Below the pieces are notes generated by a model, which worked only from the letters and a program-made list of their open reading frames with translations, did not search any database and was not told the origin of the DNA. Shown here one piece after another: positions 20,348-30,096 of a stretch of 64,000 bases of DNA. Numbering within the stretch: position 1 is the first letter of the stretch; every line of letters begins with the position of its first letter. Source of the stretch: Phycisphaerales bacterium (GTDB taxonomy: Bacteria; Planctomycetota; Phycisphaerae; Phycisphaerales; UBA1924). The stretch covers positions 832,001 to 896,000 of the forward strand of contig OZ245777.1 of assembly GCA_965227775.1 (NCBI GenBank), given 5' to 3'. The translations under genes and the position numbers were made by a program.

Positions 20348-21118
20348 ATGACCATGCATCTGGATGAGCCGGGTCAAAAACCCGAACTCGGTCCGTCCGT
20401 AGGCCGACACTCTATTCGCGCCAACCATCTGCGGGAGCCTCGATTGCCCACCTTCCCACACGCCACGCCACAGGTCGCAGCCACCGACGCCGCAAAGGGC
20501 CGGACCTTCGTGCTGGGCGTCTCTGGCGCCTCCGGAGCGTGGTACGCCCTTCGCGCCCTCGAGCAGCTCCTCCTGGCCGGCGGCATGGTGCACCTGGTGG
20601 TCAGCGAGTACGGCCGCCGCCTGCTGGGCGACGAGTCGGGCATCAAGAAGGTCGAGTTCGATGACCTGCTGCCCCACCTGAGCCAGCACGAGCTGGCCCA
20701 GGCGATGAAGGATCGCCTCATCTGCCATCCCAACAAGGACGTGGGCGCCGTCATCGCAAGCGGCAGCTTCCGCCACGACGGCATGGCCGTGCTGCCCTGC
20801 TCGAGCACCAGCCTGGGCGCCATCGCCACGAGCGCCGGCAGCAACCTGCTGACCCGGGCCGCGATGGTCACGCTCAAGGAGCGCCGCCCGCTGATCATTT
20901 GCCACCGCGAGACGCCGCTGAACCTCATCGACATCGAGAACATGCGCACGCTCGCGCTCGCGGGCGCGATCATCTGCCCGACGAACCCCGGCCTGTATCT
21001 GCTTCCCACCAGCATCGGCGAGATGATCGACTTCGTAGCCGGCAAGGTGCTGGATCTGCTGGAGGTCGAGCACGACCTCAAGACCCGGTGGGAAGACCAC
21101 CACGGCGCGCAGGGCTAG
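20348..21118 (+). CDS. ubiX: Flavin prenyltransferase UbiX
   Basis: GVSGASG, IASGS, LPCS, RAAMVTLKERRPL, RETPL. Confidence 0.93.
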   Translation: MTMHLDEPGQKPELGPSVGRHSIRANHLREPRLPTFPHATPQVAATDAAKGRTFVLGVSGASGAWYALRALEQLLLAGGMVHLVVSEYGRRLLGDESGIKKVEFDDLLPHLSQHELAQAMKDRLICHPNKDVGAVIASGSFRHDGMAVLPCSSTSLGAIATSAGSNLLTRAAMVTLKERRPLIICHRETPLNLIDIENMRTLALAGAIICPTNPGLYLLPTSIGEMIDFVAGKVLDLLEVEHDLKTRWEDHHGAQG

Positions 21119-22369
21119 CTACTCCGGCAGCTCCGCATACTCAGCCTCGGCCACGTCCAGAACCGCGGGCGCGTACCAAGTCTTGCCATACGTGCTCTCG
21201 TCGGTTCGTGCGAGGATGCCGAGCTCTTCGAACAACGCGAGGTCCTTGCGCGCGGTCGGGTCGGTCACGTCCAACACCCGCGCGGCGCTCGCCGCCGTCA
21301 CGAGCGGCCACCCAAAGACGTGATCGAGCAGTCGCAGCAGCCGACCCGCGGCCGCGTGATCGCGCAGCTTCCCGGTAAACGTCCCGTGCGCCGAAACGAT
21401 GCGCTCTGCCAGGAGCCTCGTCGACACGGCCTCGTCCGCGATCGCCACGACGAAGAACCGCAACCACTCGACCCACGTGCCCTGTTCGCTGACTGCGCGC
21501 ATGCGATCGACGTACTCCTGTCGATGGCGCTGGAAGTACCCGCTGGGCGACACGATGGGCATGTCGAGCAACCCGAGCGCACACATCTGGTGAAGGATCA
21601 GCGCCCGACCGATGCGCCCGTTGCCATCGCGGAATGGGTGGATCGCCTCGAACTGATAGTGCGCCAGCGCGACCTGCGCGATCTCGGGAATCTCGCTCCA
21701 CTCGCCGTTGACGAACGCCTCCAGCGCCCCCATGCAGCGCGCCACTGTTTGGCCGTCCGAAGGGGGCACGAACCGCGCCCGATCGGGGCGCCCAGCAACG
21801 CCGATGTACACCGGCACGTCGCGAAGCTCTCCCGGTCGCAGTTCTTCGCCGCGCACGCCATCGAGCAGCTTCTCGTGCATCGCGCGCACGAGCGCCTCGC
21901 TGTAGGGCTCCATGCTCTCGATGCCGAACTGCACGGCGCGCACCGCGTTGAGCGCCTCGCGGCCCGGATTGGCCTTGCCCGCTTCCTCGCCGGCCAGCAC
22001 CATGTCGAGCGCGGTGGTGTCGATGCCCTCGATCTTCGAGCTGAGCCGGGCTTCACGCAGCCAGAGGGCCTGACGCAGAATCTCCGGGTTCGGCACCGCG
22101 TGCACCAGCCCGTTGACGCGCCCGAGGGCGGCATGAGCGCCAGCAAACTCGTCGAACAGCTCGCCCTTGACGGCTTTCCAATCGAGCTCCGGCGGCAGGT
22201 CGTCGGGCACGAACGCCCACGTTGCGACCTCCTGCCACTCGCCCGAGCCCGACGCCCCCACCGCCCGCTTGCGCATGGTCACCGGCGCGAGCGAGCCCGG
22301 GCTTACGTCCGAGAACCGTGCTTTCAGGTCCCACGGCGGATTGGAAGGGGATTTGGAATCTGGTTCCAT
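21119..22369 (-). CDS. Fic family protein (N-terminal inhibitory motif, C-terminal wHTH)
   Basis: HPFRDGNGRIGR catalytic motif; SSKIEG inhibitory motif; TAASAARVLDVTDPTARKDL HTH. Confidence 0.93.
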   Translation of the reverse strand: MEPDSKSPSNPPWDLKARFSDVSPGSLAPVTMRKRAVGASGSGEWQEVATWAFVPDDLPPELDWKAVKGELFDEFAGAHAALGRVNGLVHAVPNPEILRQALWLREARLSSKIEGIDTTALDMVLAGEEAGKANPGREALNAVRAVQFGIESMEPYSEALVRAMHEKLLDGVRGEELRPGELRDVPVYIGVAGRPDRARFVPPSDGQTVARCMGALEAFVNGEWSEIPEIAQVALAHYQFEAIHPFRDGNGRIGRALILHQMCALGLLDMPIVSPSGYFQRHRQEYVDRMRAVSEQGTWVEWLRFFVVAIADEAVSTRLLAERIVSAHGTFTGKLRDHAAAGRLLRLLDHVFGWPLVTAASAARVLDVTDPTARKDLALFEELGILARTDESTYGKTWYAPAVLDVAEAEYAELPE

Positions 22370-22370
22370 G

Positions 22371-22405
22371 ATTTAAAGCAAACAGCCATTTGCTTTAAAT
22401 GTCAA
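22371..22405 (-). promoter_or_regulatory. Fic promoter with perfect 12-bp inverted-repeat operator
   Basis: ATTTAAAGCAAA-cagcca-TTTGCTTTAAAT (22371-22400); TTGACA on minus strand at 22405-22400. Confidence 0.75.
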
Positions 22406-22448
22406 CCCGCGATCCAAAAGAACTTTGGGTTTCGCGGCAGGCCCAGCC

Positions 22449-23615
22449 TCAGATCGTCACCGGCATCACCACGTATAGGAAGCCGTTCCCGCTCGTGCGG
22501 ATCAGCCCGGCGTGGCGGCCGTCCTTGAGCTCCATGGTCACCTCGGCGTCGTGCATCACGCGGAGGGCATCGGTGATGAAGCCGGGGTTGAAGCCGATCT
22601 CGACGTCGGCGCCGTCGTAGCCCTTGAGCTCGACGTTGACGCGGGCCTCGCCCATCTCCGGAGCGTGGCTCGAGAGCTCGAGTTGCTTGTGCTCGCCGCG
22701 GAATGCCAGGCGGACGCCCTTGCTCTCTTCGTTGGTCAGCAGGGCGGCGCGGCGAACGGCGCTGTGCAGCATGTCCTTGTCGAACGTTGCCTTCACGCTC
22801 TGGTCGCTGGGGATCGCCTCTTCGTACGGCGGGAACTGGCCGTCGACGAGCGAACTGCTGAGCACAGCCCGCGGTGCGTCGTCGTCGCCGCCACCGAGCG
22901 CGAAGAGCGCCTTCTGGTCGCCGATCGCGACGGTCACCGTCTCGTCCTCGCTGTCGACCAATCGCTGCAGCAGCGAGAGCGCCTTGGTCGGCACGATGCA
23001 CGACACGTCGGGGTCGTCCTTGTTAGCGCCGGGCACGGTGCCCTTGGCCATCGCCAGGCGGCGGCCGTCGGTTGCAACCATCTCGAGCGTCTTGCCCTTG
23101 CGGCGCACGAGCACGCCGTTGATGGCGTAGCGCGTCGTCTCTCGCGCGGTCGCAAAGAGCGTCATGCCGATCATGTCGCCCAGTGAATCGCTGGGGAAGT
23201 CGAATCGAGACTTGAGGCCCTCGGCCCCGAAGTCGCTGCGATCGGCCACGCGCGGCAGGTCGCCCGGCTCGTAGCCCAGCAGGGTGTAATTGGCGTCCTC
23301 GCCCTTGACGTGCAGCGTGCGGTCTTCGTTCTCGAGGGTCAGCGTGGGCTCGTGGTCTTCGGCGGCGACGATCTGCTTGAGCTTGTCGGCGGGCACGAGC
23401 GCCTCGCCGGGCTCCTGCACGTCGACGCGCGCGGTGCGCAGGCGCAGGCCGATCTCGCCGTCGGTGGCCGCCAGGGTCAGCTCGCCGGCGTCACCCTCAC
23501 GCGTGGCGGTCAGCTTGACGCAGGTAAGCTGCGGCTTGGGGGTCCGCGAGGCCGCCACCGACGACACCACGTTCACCGCGTCCAACAAGGCGCCACGATC
23601 GCACACCACTCGCAT
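22449..23615 (-). CDS. dnaN: DNA polymerase III beta clamp
   Basis: LAATDGEIG, RYAINGV, VATDGRRLA, GQFPPY, IGFNPGF, YVVMPV. Confidence 0.97.
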   Translation of the reverse strand: MRVVCDRGALLDAVNVVSSVAASRTPKPQLTCVKLTATREGDAGELTLAATDGEIGLRLRTARVDVQEPGEALVPADKLKQIVAAEDHEPTLTLENEDRTLHVKGEDANYTLLGYEPGDLPRVADRSDFGAEGLKSRFDFPSDSLGDMIGMTLFATARETTRYAINGVLVRRKGKTLEMVATDGRRLAMAKGTVPGANKDDPDVSCIVPTKALSLLQRLVDSEDETVTVAIGDQKALFALGGGDDDAPRAVLSSSLVDGQFPPYEEAIPSDQSVKATFDKDMLHSAVRRAALLTNEESKGVRLAFRGEHKQLELSSHAPEMGEARVNVELKGYDGADVEIGFNPGFITDALRVMHDAEVTMELKDGRHAGLIRTSGNGFLYVVMPVTI

Positions 23616-23761
23616 GGAAGCCCTCTCCTTGCAGCCCGCTTCCCGGGCCAAACGAAACGCGCCCCCTCGGTCAGGGGCTCCTTATAGACAGCCACTGTAG
23701 CACGCCCGCGAACCGCTCTACCATCGCCCATGACCCCGAGAACCACTGCTGGGCGGCCCTC

Positions 23762-24949
23762 GTGATCGGCCCCGGATGGGCCGGCGACCCGCAGCCCGCA
23801 CGCACCCACGCCCGGGCGGCCCGCACGCGCCGCGTGGCCGTGGTCACGGGCTCTCGGGCAGACTTTGGGCTGCTCAAGCCGGTGATGGCCGCCGTCGACG
23901 CCCACGCCGAGCTCGAGCTGCTCGTCATCGCCGCCGGCGCCCACCTCATCCCTCCGGCCGACAGCTTCCGCGACGTGAAGGCGGCGTTCCCCGTCGCCGA
24001 CAGCGTGCCGATGCAGAAGCCCGGGCGCACGACGCGGCCCGACGACGCCGAAGCGCTGGGCACCGGCATCAGCCGCCTGACGCGCAGCTTCCGAGCGCTC
24101 GAGCCGGACTGGGTCGTCGTGCTGGGCGATCGCATCGAGGCGTTCGCGGCTGCGAGCGCCGCGAGCGTCGGTGGATGGGCGCTGACGCACATGCACGGCG
24201 GAGACCGGGCCGAGGGCGTGGCCGACGAATCGATGCGCCACGCTATTAGCAAGCTCGCCAACCTGCACCTAGCCGCAACGAACGCCTCGGCCGAACGCCT
24301 CGTTCGCATGGGCGAGAAGCCCGAGCACGTACACGTCGTCGGATCGCCCGCCATCGATGATCTTGGGTCGATCGAGCCCATGCCAAGCGACGCCTTCGAC
24401 GAGCTTGGTGCGCCGCGCGCGATCGTGATGCTGCATCCAACCGGCCGCGCGATCGAAGCCGAAGAGCACGTCACCGCAACGCTGCTCGACGCGCTCGGCG
24501 CGTTGAGCATCACGCCGGTCGCCCTCGCGCCGAATCATGACCCGGGCCGAGCGGGCGTCCTGCGCACGCTGACCGATCGGCTCGGCCATCCCCAACCCCA
24601 CATGCGGCGCGAGAAGTTTGTGTCGCTGCTCAAGCGACTCGCGATGACCGGCGGCGTGCTTGTGGGCAACTCGTCGGCCGGGCTCATCGAGGCGCCCGCC
24701 CTGGGCTGCAGGGTTGTCGATATCGGACCGCGGCAGAACGGGCGCGAGCGCCCCTCGGGCGTGATGCACGCCGACGATCAGTCGCAGGCCGCGATCGAGC
24801 GCACCATCCTCGACGCGCTCGCGGCGCCGCCGCCGGACGCCGCCCAGCACCCATATGGCGATGGACGGACGGGCGAGCGGACGGCGGGCCTGCTGGCATC
24901 GGTAGATCCGAATAACCGCGGGCTGCTGGCCAAGCTCAACGCCTACTGA
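23762..24949 (+). CDS. neuC: UDP-N-acetylglucosamine 2-epimerase, hydrolysing (NeuC-like)
   Basis: VTGSRADFGLL, LGDRIE, HGGD, DESMRHAISKLA, GNSSAG, RQNGR, YGDG. Confidence 0.9.
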   Translation: MIGPGWAGDPQPARTHARAARTRRVAVVTGSRADFGLLKPVMAAVDAHAELELLVIAAGAHLIPPADSFRDVKAAFPVADSVPMQKPGRTTRPDDAEALGTGISRLTRSFRALEPDWVVVLGDRIEAFAAASAASVGGWALTHMHGGDRAEGVADESMRHAISKLANLHLAATNASAERLVRMGEKPEHVHVVGSPAIDDLGSIEPMPSDAFDELGAPRAIVMLHPTGRAIEAEEHVTATLLDALGALSITPVALAPNHDPGRAGVLRTLTDRLGHPQPHMRREKFVSLLKRLAMTGGVLVGNSSAGLIEAPALGCRVVDIGPRQNGRERPSGVMHADDQSQAAIERTILDALAAPPPDAAQHPYGDGRTGERTAGLLASVDPNNRGLLAKLNAY

Positions 24950-25061
24950 GCCCACCGCCGGCTTTTTTTCGATCAGGATTCGCACGACCACGAAAGTCGC
25001 CCTCGAATCGCGCCGATCTCCCAGGGAGCCGCTTCAAGCAACCCCGGCAGGAGATCAGGCA

Positions 25062-25946
25062 ATGAGCATCGGCACGCAGGAACGTGAGCAGACCGTGACC
25101 ATGGCGATCCGCGAGATCAGCCACATCGCGACGCTCCCAGAAGTCACCCTCAAGATCGTCGAGCTCGTCGAGGATCCCTCTTCGACCGCGCAAGATCTTC
25201 ACAACGTCATCTCGAACGATCCGGCGCTCTCCAGCCGCATCCTCAAGGTCGTGAACTCCTCGTTCTACGGCCTGCCGGGCCAGATCGGCTCGATCAACCG
25301 CGCGATCGTCATGCTGGGGCTCAACGCGGTGAAGAACATCGCCATCGCCGCCAGCCTGGCCAAGCTCTTCCGCGGCGGCGACCTGAGCAACGGCTTCAGC
25401 GCCAAGGCCGTGTGGGAGCACGCCGTGGCCACCGGCGCCGTCACCAAGATGGTCGCCGACGCCGCCAAGGTCGGCATGGCCGACGAAGCGTTCCTGGCCG
25501 GCCTGATGCACAACATCGGCCTCATGGTCGAGATGCAGTTCGACCGCAACAAGCTCATTGAGGTCGTCCAGAGCCTCGGAGTCGGTGCCGACGGCGTGCC
25601 CGTCAACGACATGTGCGAGGTCGAGGCCGAGATCTTCGGAGCCGACCACCAGGACTTCGGCCGCGGCCTGTGCGAGAAGTGGAAGTTCCCCGCCAACTTC
25701 GCGATGGTCACCGGCTTCCACCACGACCCGCTGAAGGCCCCCGCCGACAACCGCCGCCTGCCCGCGATGGTCTACGTGGCCACCCGACTGGTGGGCGAGG
25801 TCGAGGGCCAGTTCCGTCTCGACCTGCCGAGCCTGAACATCGATCCGGCCGTCCTCGAGATCCTGGGCCTCAGCGAGGCCTCCCTCGCCAGCCTGCGTGA
25901 GCGGGCCGCCGAGGAGATCTCTGCCGCCGCCGGACTGCTCGGCTGA
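25062..25946 (+). CDS. HDOD domain protein
   Basis: TLPEV, DPALSSRILKVVNSSFYG, AGLMHNIG, KWKFP, FHH; AGGAG RBS. Confidence 0.92.
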   Translation: MSIGTQEREQTVTMAIREISHIATLPEVTLKIVELVEDPSSTAQDLHNVISNDPALSSRILKVVNSSFYGLPGQIGSINRAIVMLGLNAVKNIAIAASLAKLFRGGDLSNGFSAKAVWEHAVATGAVTKMVADAAKVGMADEAFLAGLMHNIGLMVEMQFDRNKLIEVVQSLGVGADGVPVNDMCEVEAEIFGADHQDFGRGLCEKWKFPANFAMVTGFHHDPLKAPADNRRLPAMVYVATRLVGEVEGQFRLDLPSLNIDPAVLEILGLSEASLASLRERAAEEISAAAGLLG

Positions 25947-25995
25947 AGCTCTCGCGGAGCAAAGCCTCCGCATTAATACCCATAAGGTCTCCGCC

Positions 25996-26022
25996 ACGGG
26001 CTCTTCGGAGCCCGTTTTGTTT
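25996..26022 (+). terminator. Intrinsic terminator of HDOD gene
   Basis: acgggctc-TTCG-gagcccgt then tttgttt. Confidence 0.85.
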
Positions 26023-26129
26023 GCATTGAGTACGGAACGCCAAACGCGAAGGGGAATTTCAGTTCCGATTTCTTCGGAACACTGGCGATTTCCTGCCTAT
26101 TTTCCCGATTACAGCAACCGTGCAGGATA

Positions 26130-26230
26130 GCAGACGCGGGAATGTCCGGATGACCCGACACCCGCGTCCCAAACAAGCTCTCTCTTTCTCCCTCCGGGCG
26201 GTCGCACATACGTGTGCGGCCGCCTTTTTT
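26130..26230 (+). ncRNA. Candidate ~100-nt sRNA or attenuated leader (hairpin, CU-rich linker, terminator)
   Basis: gacgcggg..cccgcgtc stem, ctctctctttctccctcc linker, ggcggtcgcaca-tacg-tgtgcggccgcc-tttttt terminator; 5' end estimated. Confidence 0.5.
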
Positions 26231-26449
26231 CGCAGCCTGTTCGCGCCGCCCCGCCGCGGGCTCAACCACGCCTCGATGGCTCGGTACACTTAGGCGTCGG
26301 AGCCCTCCCCCGACGCCGCGGCAACTGCGGGGCACTGCGGCACGAACAACTGGGTGCCAGGAGCGGTCGACAGGAGTCGCCCGCGAACGGCACGGGGTGG
26401 ACGAACAGGCCCGATTCCAAGGGCCGGCGGTTGGGGAGGTTTCGGGGAC

Positions 26450-27505
26450 ATGAACATGCACAAGAACGGCACACGCACTCGACGCGCCCGGCGGGCGTTC
26501 TCGCTCATCGAGCTCCTGGTCACCATGGCAGTCATCGCGATCATCGTCGCGATCATCGTGCCGACGCTCGGCGGGGCCCGCAATACGGCCAAGGCCACCG
26601 CCAGCCAAGGCCAGCTCACGGCCATCGCCGCTGCGTCCCAACAGTTCTACACCGATCAGGGACGCCTGCCCGGCTACTTCACCGCCAAGCAGATGGGAGA
26701 CGCTGCCAACGAAACACGCGGCTTCACGGGCATGCAGAACATCATGATTGATTTGGCCGGTGGATTCGCGGACGCGTCCAGCGATCCAATGAATGTCGTG
26801 TCCGTCGGCCCGATTAGCGGCGAAGAGATCGATATCGATCTCACCCGCGTCGGCACACAGGAATTCGGCGGCGGGTACTACACGCCCGAAGACACGCGGT
26901 ACATCCCGCAAGAGACCGGTGAAGGCCTCGGCGAGCTGCAGACCACAGTCGATGACCACCGGGAGCTCCCGTCGGTCATGGACCCCTTCGGCACGCCCAT
27001 CCTCGCGTGGCAGCGCGACAGGACGGCCATCCAGGACCTCGAAGAGATCGACGACTTCGTCGCCTTCAACAGCGCCAGCGATCCCGCCCGCTTCTATTGG
27101 GCCAACAACGCCGGCTTCCTCAGGACCCAAGACCTCGGCAAGCGCGGCAAGAACCCGACGTTCTCCGCGGCGTCCAGCTCGCGCGAATTCAGCCTGATCG
27201 GCGACTCCGAGCCCGACATCGTCCAGCACCTGTCCGTGCTGCTTGGCTCGCCCACGATCCCCAATACGATCAACGGTGCCGTGCCCGCGAGCGCCCGCGG
27301 CGACCTTGTGTTCCACGCCGCCGGCATCGACGCGATGTACCTTGGCTCCAAGGACAAGGGCGGACGGGCAAGCGAGGTCGCCTTCTGGCAGAACTTCTTC
27401 ACCGACGACGGCGCGTCCACCCGCCTGACCGACGGTGACGGCAACGTCGAGTCCTTTGACCTGATGGACAACTTCGACGACTTGCTCGAGTCGGTCGGCA
27501 ACTGA
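26450..27505 (+). CDS. Prepilin-type N-terminal cleavage/methylation protein (pseudopilin-like)
   Basis: RRA|FSLIELLVTMAVIAIIVAIIVP; DPFGTPI. Confidence 0.9.
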   Translation: MNMHKNGTRTRRARRAFSLIELLVTMAVIAIIVAIIVPTLGGARNTAKATASQGQLTAIAAASQQFYTDQGRLPGYFTAKQMGDAANETRGFTGMQNIMIDLAGGFADASSDPMNVVSVGPISGEEIDIDLTRVGTQEFGGGYYTPEDTRYIPQETGEGLGELQTTVDDHRELPSVMDPFGTPILAWQRDRTAIQDLEEIDDFVAFNSASDPARFYWANNAGFLRTQDLGKRGKNPTFSAASSSREFSLIGDSEPDIVQHLSVLLGSPTIPNTINGAVPASARGDLVFHAAGIDAMYLGSKDKGGRASEVAFWQNFFTDDGASTRLTDGDGNVESFDLMDNFDDLLESVGN

Positions 27506-27567
27506 ATTTCGCAGAAGCCCGAAGTTACGCTTGACCCGGCGGCCTGAATCTGTCAGGCTATGCCGGC

Positions 27568-30096
27568 GTGCAGGCCCTTCCCGACCAACCCATCGCCCCG
27601 AGGCCCGGCCGACGCCCCGCGCGGACACGGGCCTTCGTTGCACTCGCCGCGGGCATCGCAGGCATGCTCGCCGCCTACGGGCTGGAGCTCACCCATCCCA
27701 CGCTGCTGTACTCCGCGGCCGTCGCGCTTTCGGGGCTCTCGCTGGCCGTGCGCGGCGTGGGCGGGCGTGTGCTGCTCGTGCTCGCTGTCGCGTGCATCGG
27801 CGCGGGGCGCATGTCCGCCGAGCTCGCGCCGCCCGCGGATCACCTGGTGCACCGCGTCGGCGCGCTCGCCCATGACGAAGCCGGCCGCCAGCGCGGGCTC
27901 GTGCGCCTGACCGCGGTCGTCACCGATGCGCCCATCGATCCCGACCTTGGCGTGCCGACCTACGAGCGCGGCGTGTTCCGCGGCGAGCGATCGGTGCTGC
28001 TGGGCAACGCGATCTCCATCGACATGGGCGCCGGCGCGGTGCCCACGCGCGGCCGCATCCGGATGAGCGTGAGCGAGGGCCTGGACGCAGCGCCATCGCT
28101 CGTGCCCGGCACGACGATCGAGGTCACCGGCTGGATACGCCCGCCGACCGAGCCAATGAACCCGGGCCCGTCTCGGCCGCCGCGCGCGCCGATCTGCACG
28201 ATCGACACCGACGGCTGGGCGCTCGTCGTAAAAGAGGAAAACGGCACGCTGCTAGCCCCGCTCCGCCGCGCGCAACACGCCTTGCAGTCCGGCGCCCGTC
28301 GCGTTCTGCGCCTCGACCAGACCGAGCAGGCCGACCCCGCGAGCGCGCTGCTGGCCGCGCTCGTGCTGGGCCAGCACGATCCCGGGTATGAGGAGGCCTA
28401 CGAACCATTCCGCCGCGTCGGGCTCGCGCACCTGCTGGCGATCTCGGGCCTGCACCTGGCGATTCTGGCGGCCGCAGCGGCGTGGCTCCTCCGCGCCATC
28501 GGACCGGACTGGAGGGTCGAGGCCATCGGCGTTGCGTTCGCCGTCGGCTTGCTGCTGGTCATCGTGCCGGCGCGCACGCCCATCGTCCGCGCGGGCGTCA
28601 TGGTGCTCGCGCTGCTCGGCGCACGCGCGCTCGGAAGGCGCCACGACCCGCTGGCCGTGCTCGCATGGACGGCGCTGGGCATCGCGCTCTGGAATCCGTA
28701 CCAGATCTTCGACCTGGGCTACCAGCTCAGCTTCGGGCTCGTCGCCGTGTTGCTGGCGCTCGCGCCGCGCACGCATGCGGCCATGTTCGAGTGGCGCACG
28801 TCCATCAAGGGCGTCATCGAGAAGCCACCTCCCAACTGGCGGCTTGGCATGAACTACGGATTGAACTCCGTAGGCCAGCTCTTCAGCGCCACGTTGCTCT
28901 GCTGGCTGGTCAGCCTGCCCTGGATCGCCTGGCGAACGGGACTGATTGCGCCATTCACGCTTCCAGCCACCATCATCGCGACACCTCTCATCGCGATCCT
29001 GCTGATCGCGGCGTACGCGTCGCTGCTCGTCGGCACTCTCGCCCCGCCGCTGGCTGAGCCGCTCTCGGCCATGCTGCACGCGCTCGCAGAGATGAACCTG
29101 GCGGTCGTGCGATGGTTCGATGCGTTGCCCAGGTCGAGCATCGAGGTACCACCACTGAGCGCTGCGCTGGCGATCACGGCGACCGTGACCGTCGCCACAA
29201 TCGCCTACGCCGGCCGACGAATCCACTGGGTGCATTTCTTCGCCTTGCTCGTGGTCATCGGCTGGTCGATGATCGAGGTCTTCCAGGCCTGGGCGCGAGC
29301 GCCGGTCTCACTGCAGGTCGACACGCTGGCCATCGGCGACGGCACCGCCCACCTGCTGCGATCGAAGGACCAGGCCTGGCTCTGGGACTGCGGCTCGCTC
29401 GGCCCGGGGGCCGGACGGATAGCCGCCCGCGCAGGCGAAGAGGTTCACCGCGACACCCGTATTGGCGTGGCCGTGCTCACGCACGCGAACCTCGACCACG
29501 CCAACGGCCTGCCCCGCGCCATGGAAGAACTCGGCATCACCTGGATGTTCACCACGCCGCAAGTACTCGAGGCTGCCAGCGGTGGCGACGCGATGCGCGA
29601 AATCTTCGACGCCATCCGCGCGCAGGGCGTCACCATCCACACAATTAGTGCCGGCGACGAACTACCCCTGGGCGATGCGCGAGGCACCGTGCTGTGGCCG
29701 CCCGAGCACGAGCGCTTCGACGACGCGAACAGCGCCTCCCTTGTGGTGCGTTGGGAGAGCCAACGCGGGCACAGCGTCCTGCTAACCGGCGACATCGGCG
29801 GCGAGGCCCTCGGCAGGCTCATCGACGAGACCGATCCCCAGCTGCTGCGCGTCGACGTGCTCGAGCTTCCCCACCACGGTGCCGATGACGACAACGCCCG
29901 CCGCCTCGTCGCCCTCGCCCAGGCCCGTGTGGTAATCCAGTCGGCCGGCACCAACCGAGTCCGCCGAGACCCGTGGCAGGACTACCGCACGCGAGGCCTC
30001 TGGCTCGTCACGGGCCGCGACGGCGCGATCCGCGTTCGATCGGACAGCTCACTCGAAGTCTCAACCGCACGCCGGGGCGACATGCTGGGCAACTAG
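27568..30096 (+). CDS. comEC: ComEC/Rec2 competence protein with beta-lactamase-fold domain
   Basis: ALVLG, GLAHLLAISGLH, GYQLSF, THANLDH, LLTGD, LPHHG. Confidence 0.92.
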   Translation: MQALPDQPIAPRPGRRPARTRAFVALAAGIAGMLAAYGLELTHPTLLYSAAVALSGLSLAVRGVGGRVLLVLAVACIGAGRMSAELAPPADHLVHRVGALAHDEAGRQRGLVRLTAVVTDAPIDPDLGVPTYERGVFRGERSVLLGNAISIDMGAGAVPTRGRIRMSVSEGLDAAPSLVPGTTIEVTGWIRPPTEPMNPGPSRPPRAPICTIDTDGWALVVKEENGTLLAPLRRAQHALQSGARRVLRLDQTEQADPASALLAALVLGQHDPGYEEAYEPFRRVGLAHLLAISGLHLAILAAAAAWLLRAIGPDWRVEAIGVAFAVGLLLVIVPARTPIVRAGVMVLALLGARALGRRHDPLAVLAWTALGIALWNPYQIFDLGYQLSFGLVAVLLALAPRTHAAMFEWRTSIKGVIEKPPPNWRLGMNYGLNSVGQLFSATLLCWLVSLPWIAWRTGLIAPFTLPATIIATPLIAILLIAAYASLLVGTLAPPLAEPLSAMLHALAEMNLAVVRWFDALPRSSIEVPPLSAALAITATVTVATIAYAGRRIHWVHFFALLVVIGWSMIEVFQAWARAPVSLQVDTLAIGDGTAHLLRSKDQAWLWDCGSLGPGAGRIAARAGEEVHRDTRIGVAVLTHANLDHANGLPRAMEELGITWMFTTPQVLEAASGGDAMREIFDAIRAQGVTIHTISAGDELPLGDARGTVLWPPEHERFDDANSASLVVRWESQRGHSVLLTGDIGGEALGRLIDETDPQLLRVDVLELPHHGADDDNARRLVALAQARVVIQSAGTNRVRRDPWQDYRTRGLWLVTGRDGAIRVRSDSSLEVSTARRGDMLGN

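Noticed and set aside
25950..25975. GCAAAGCCTCCG resembling part of a c-di-GMP-I riboswitch
   Set aside because: Upstream GGCAAAC/GAAA P2 elements are absent and it lies just after a stop codon, before a terminator
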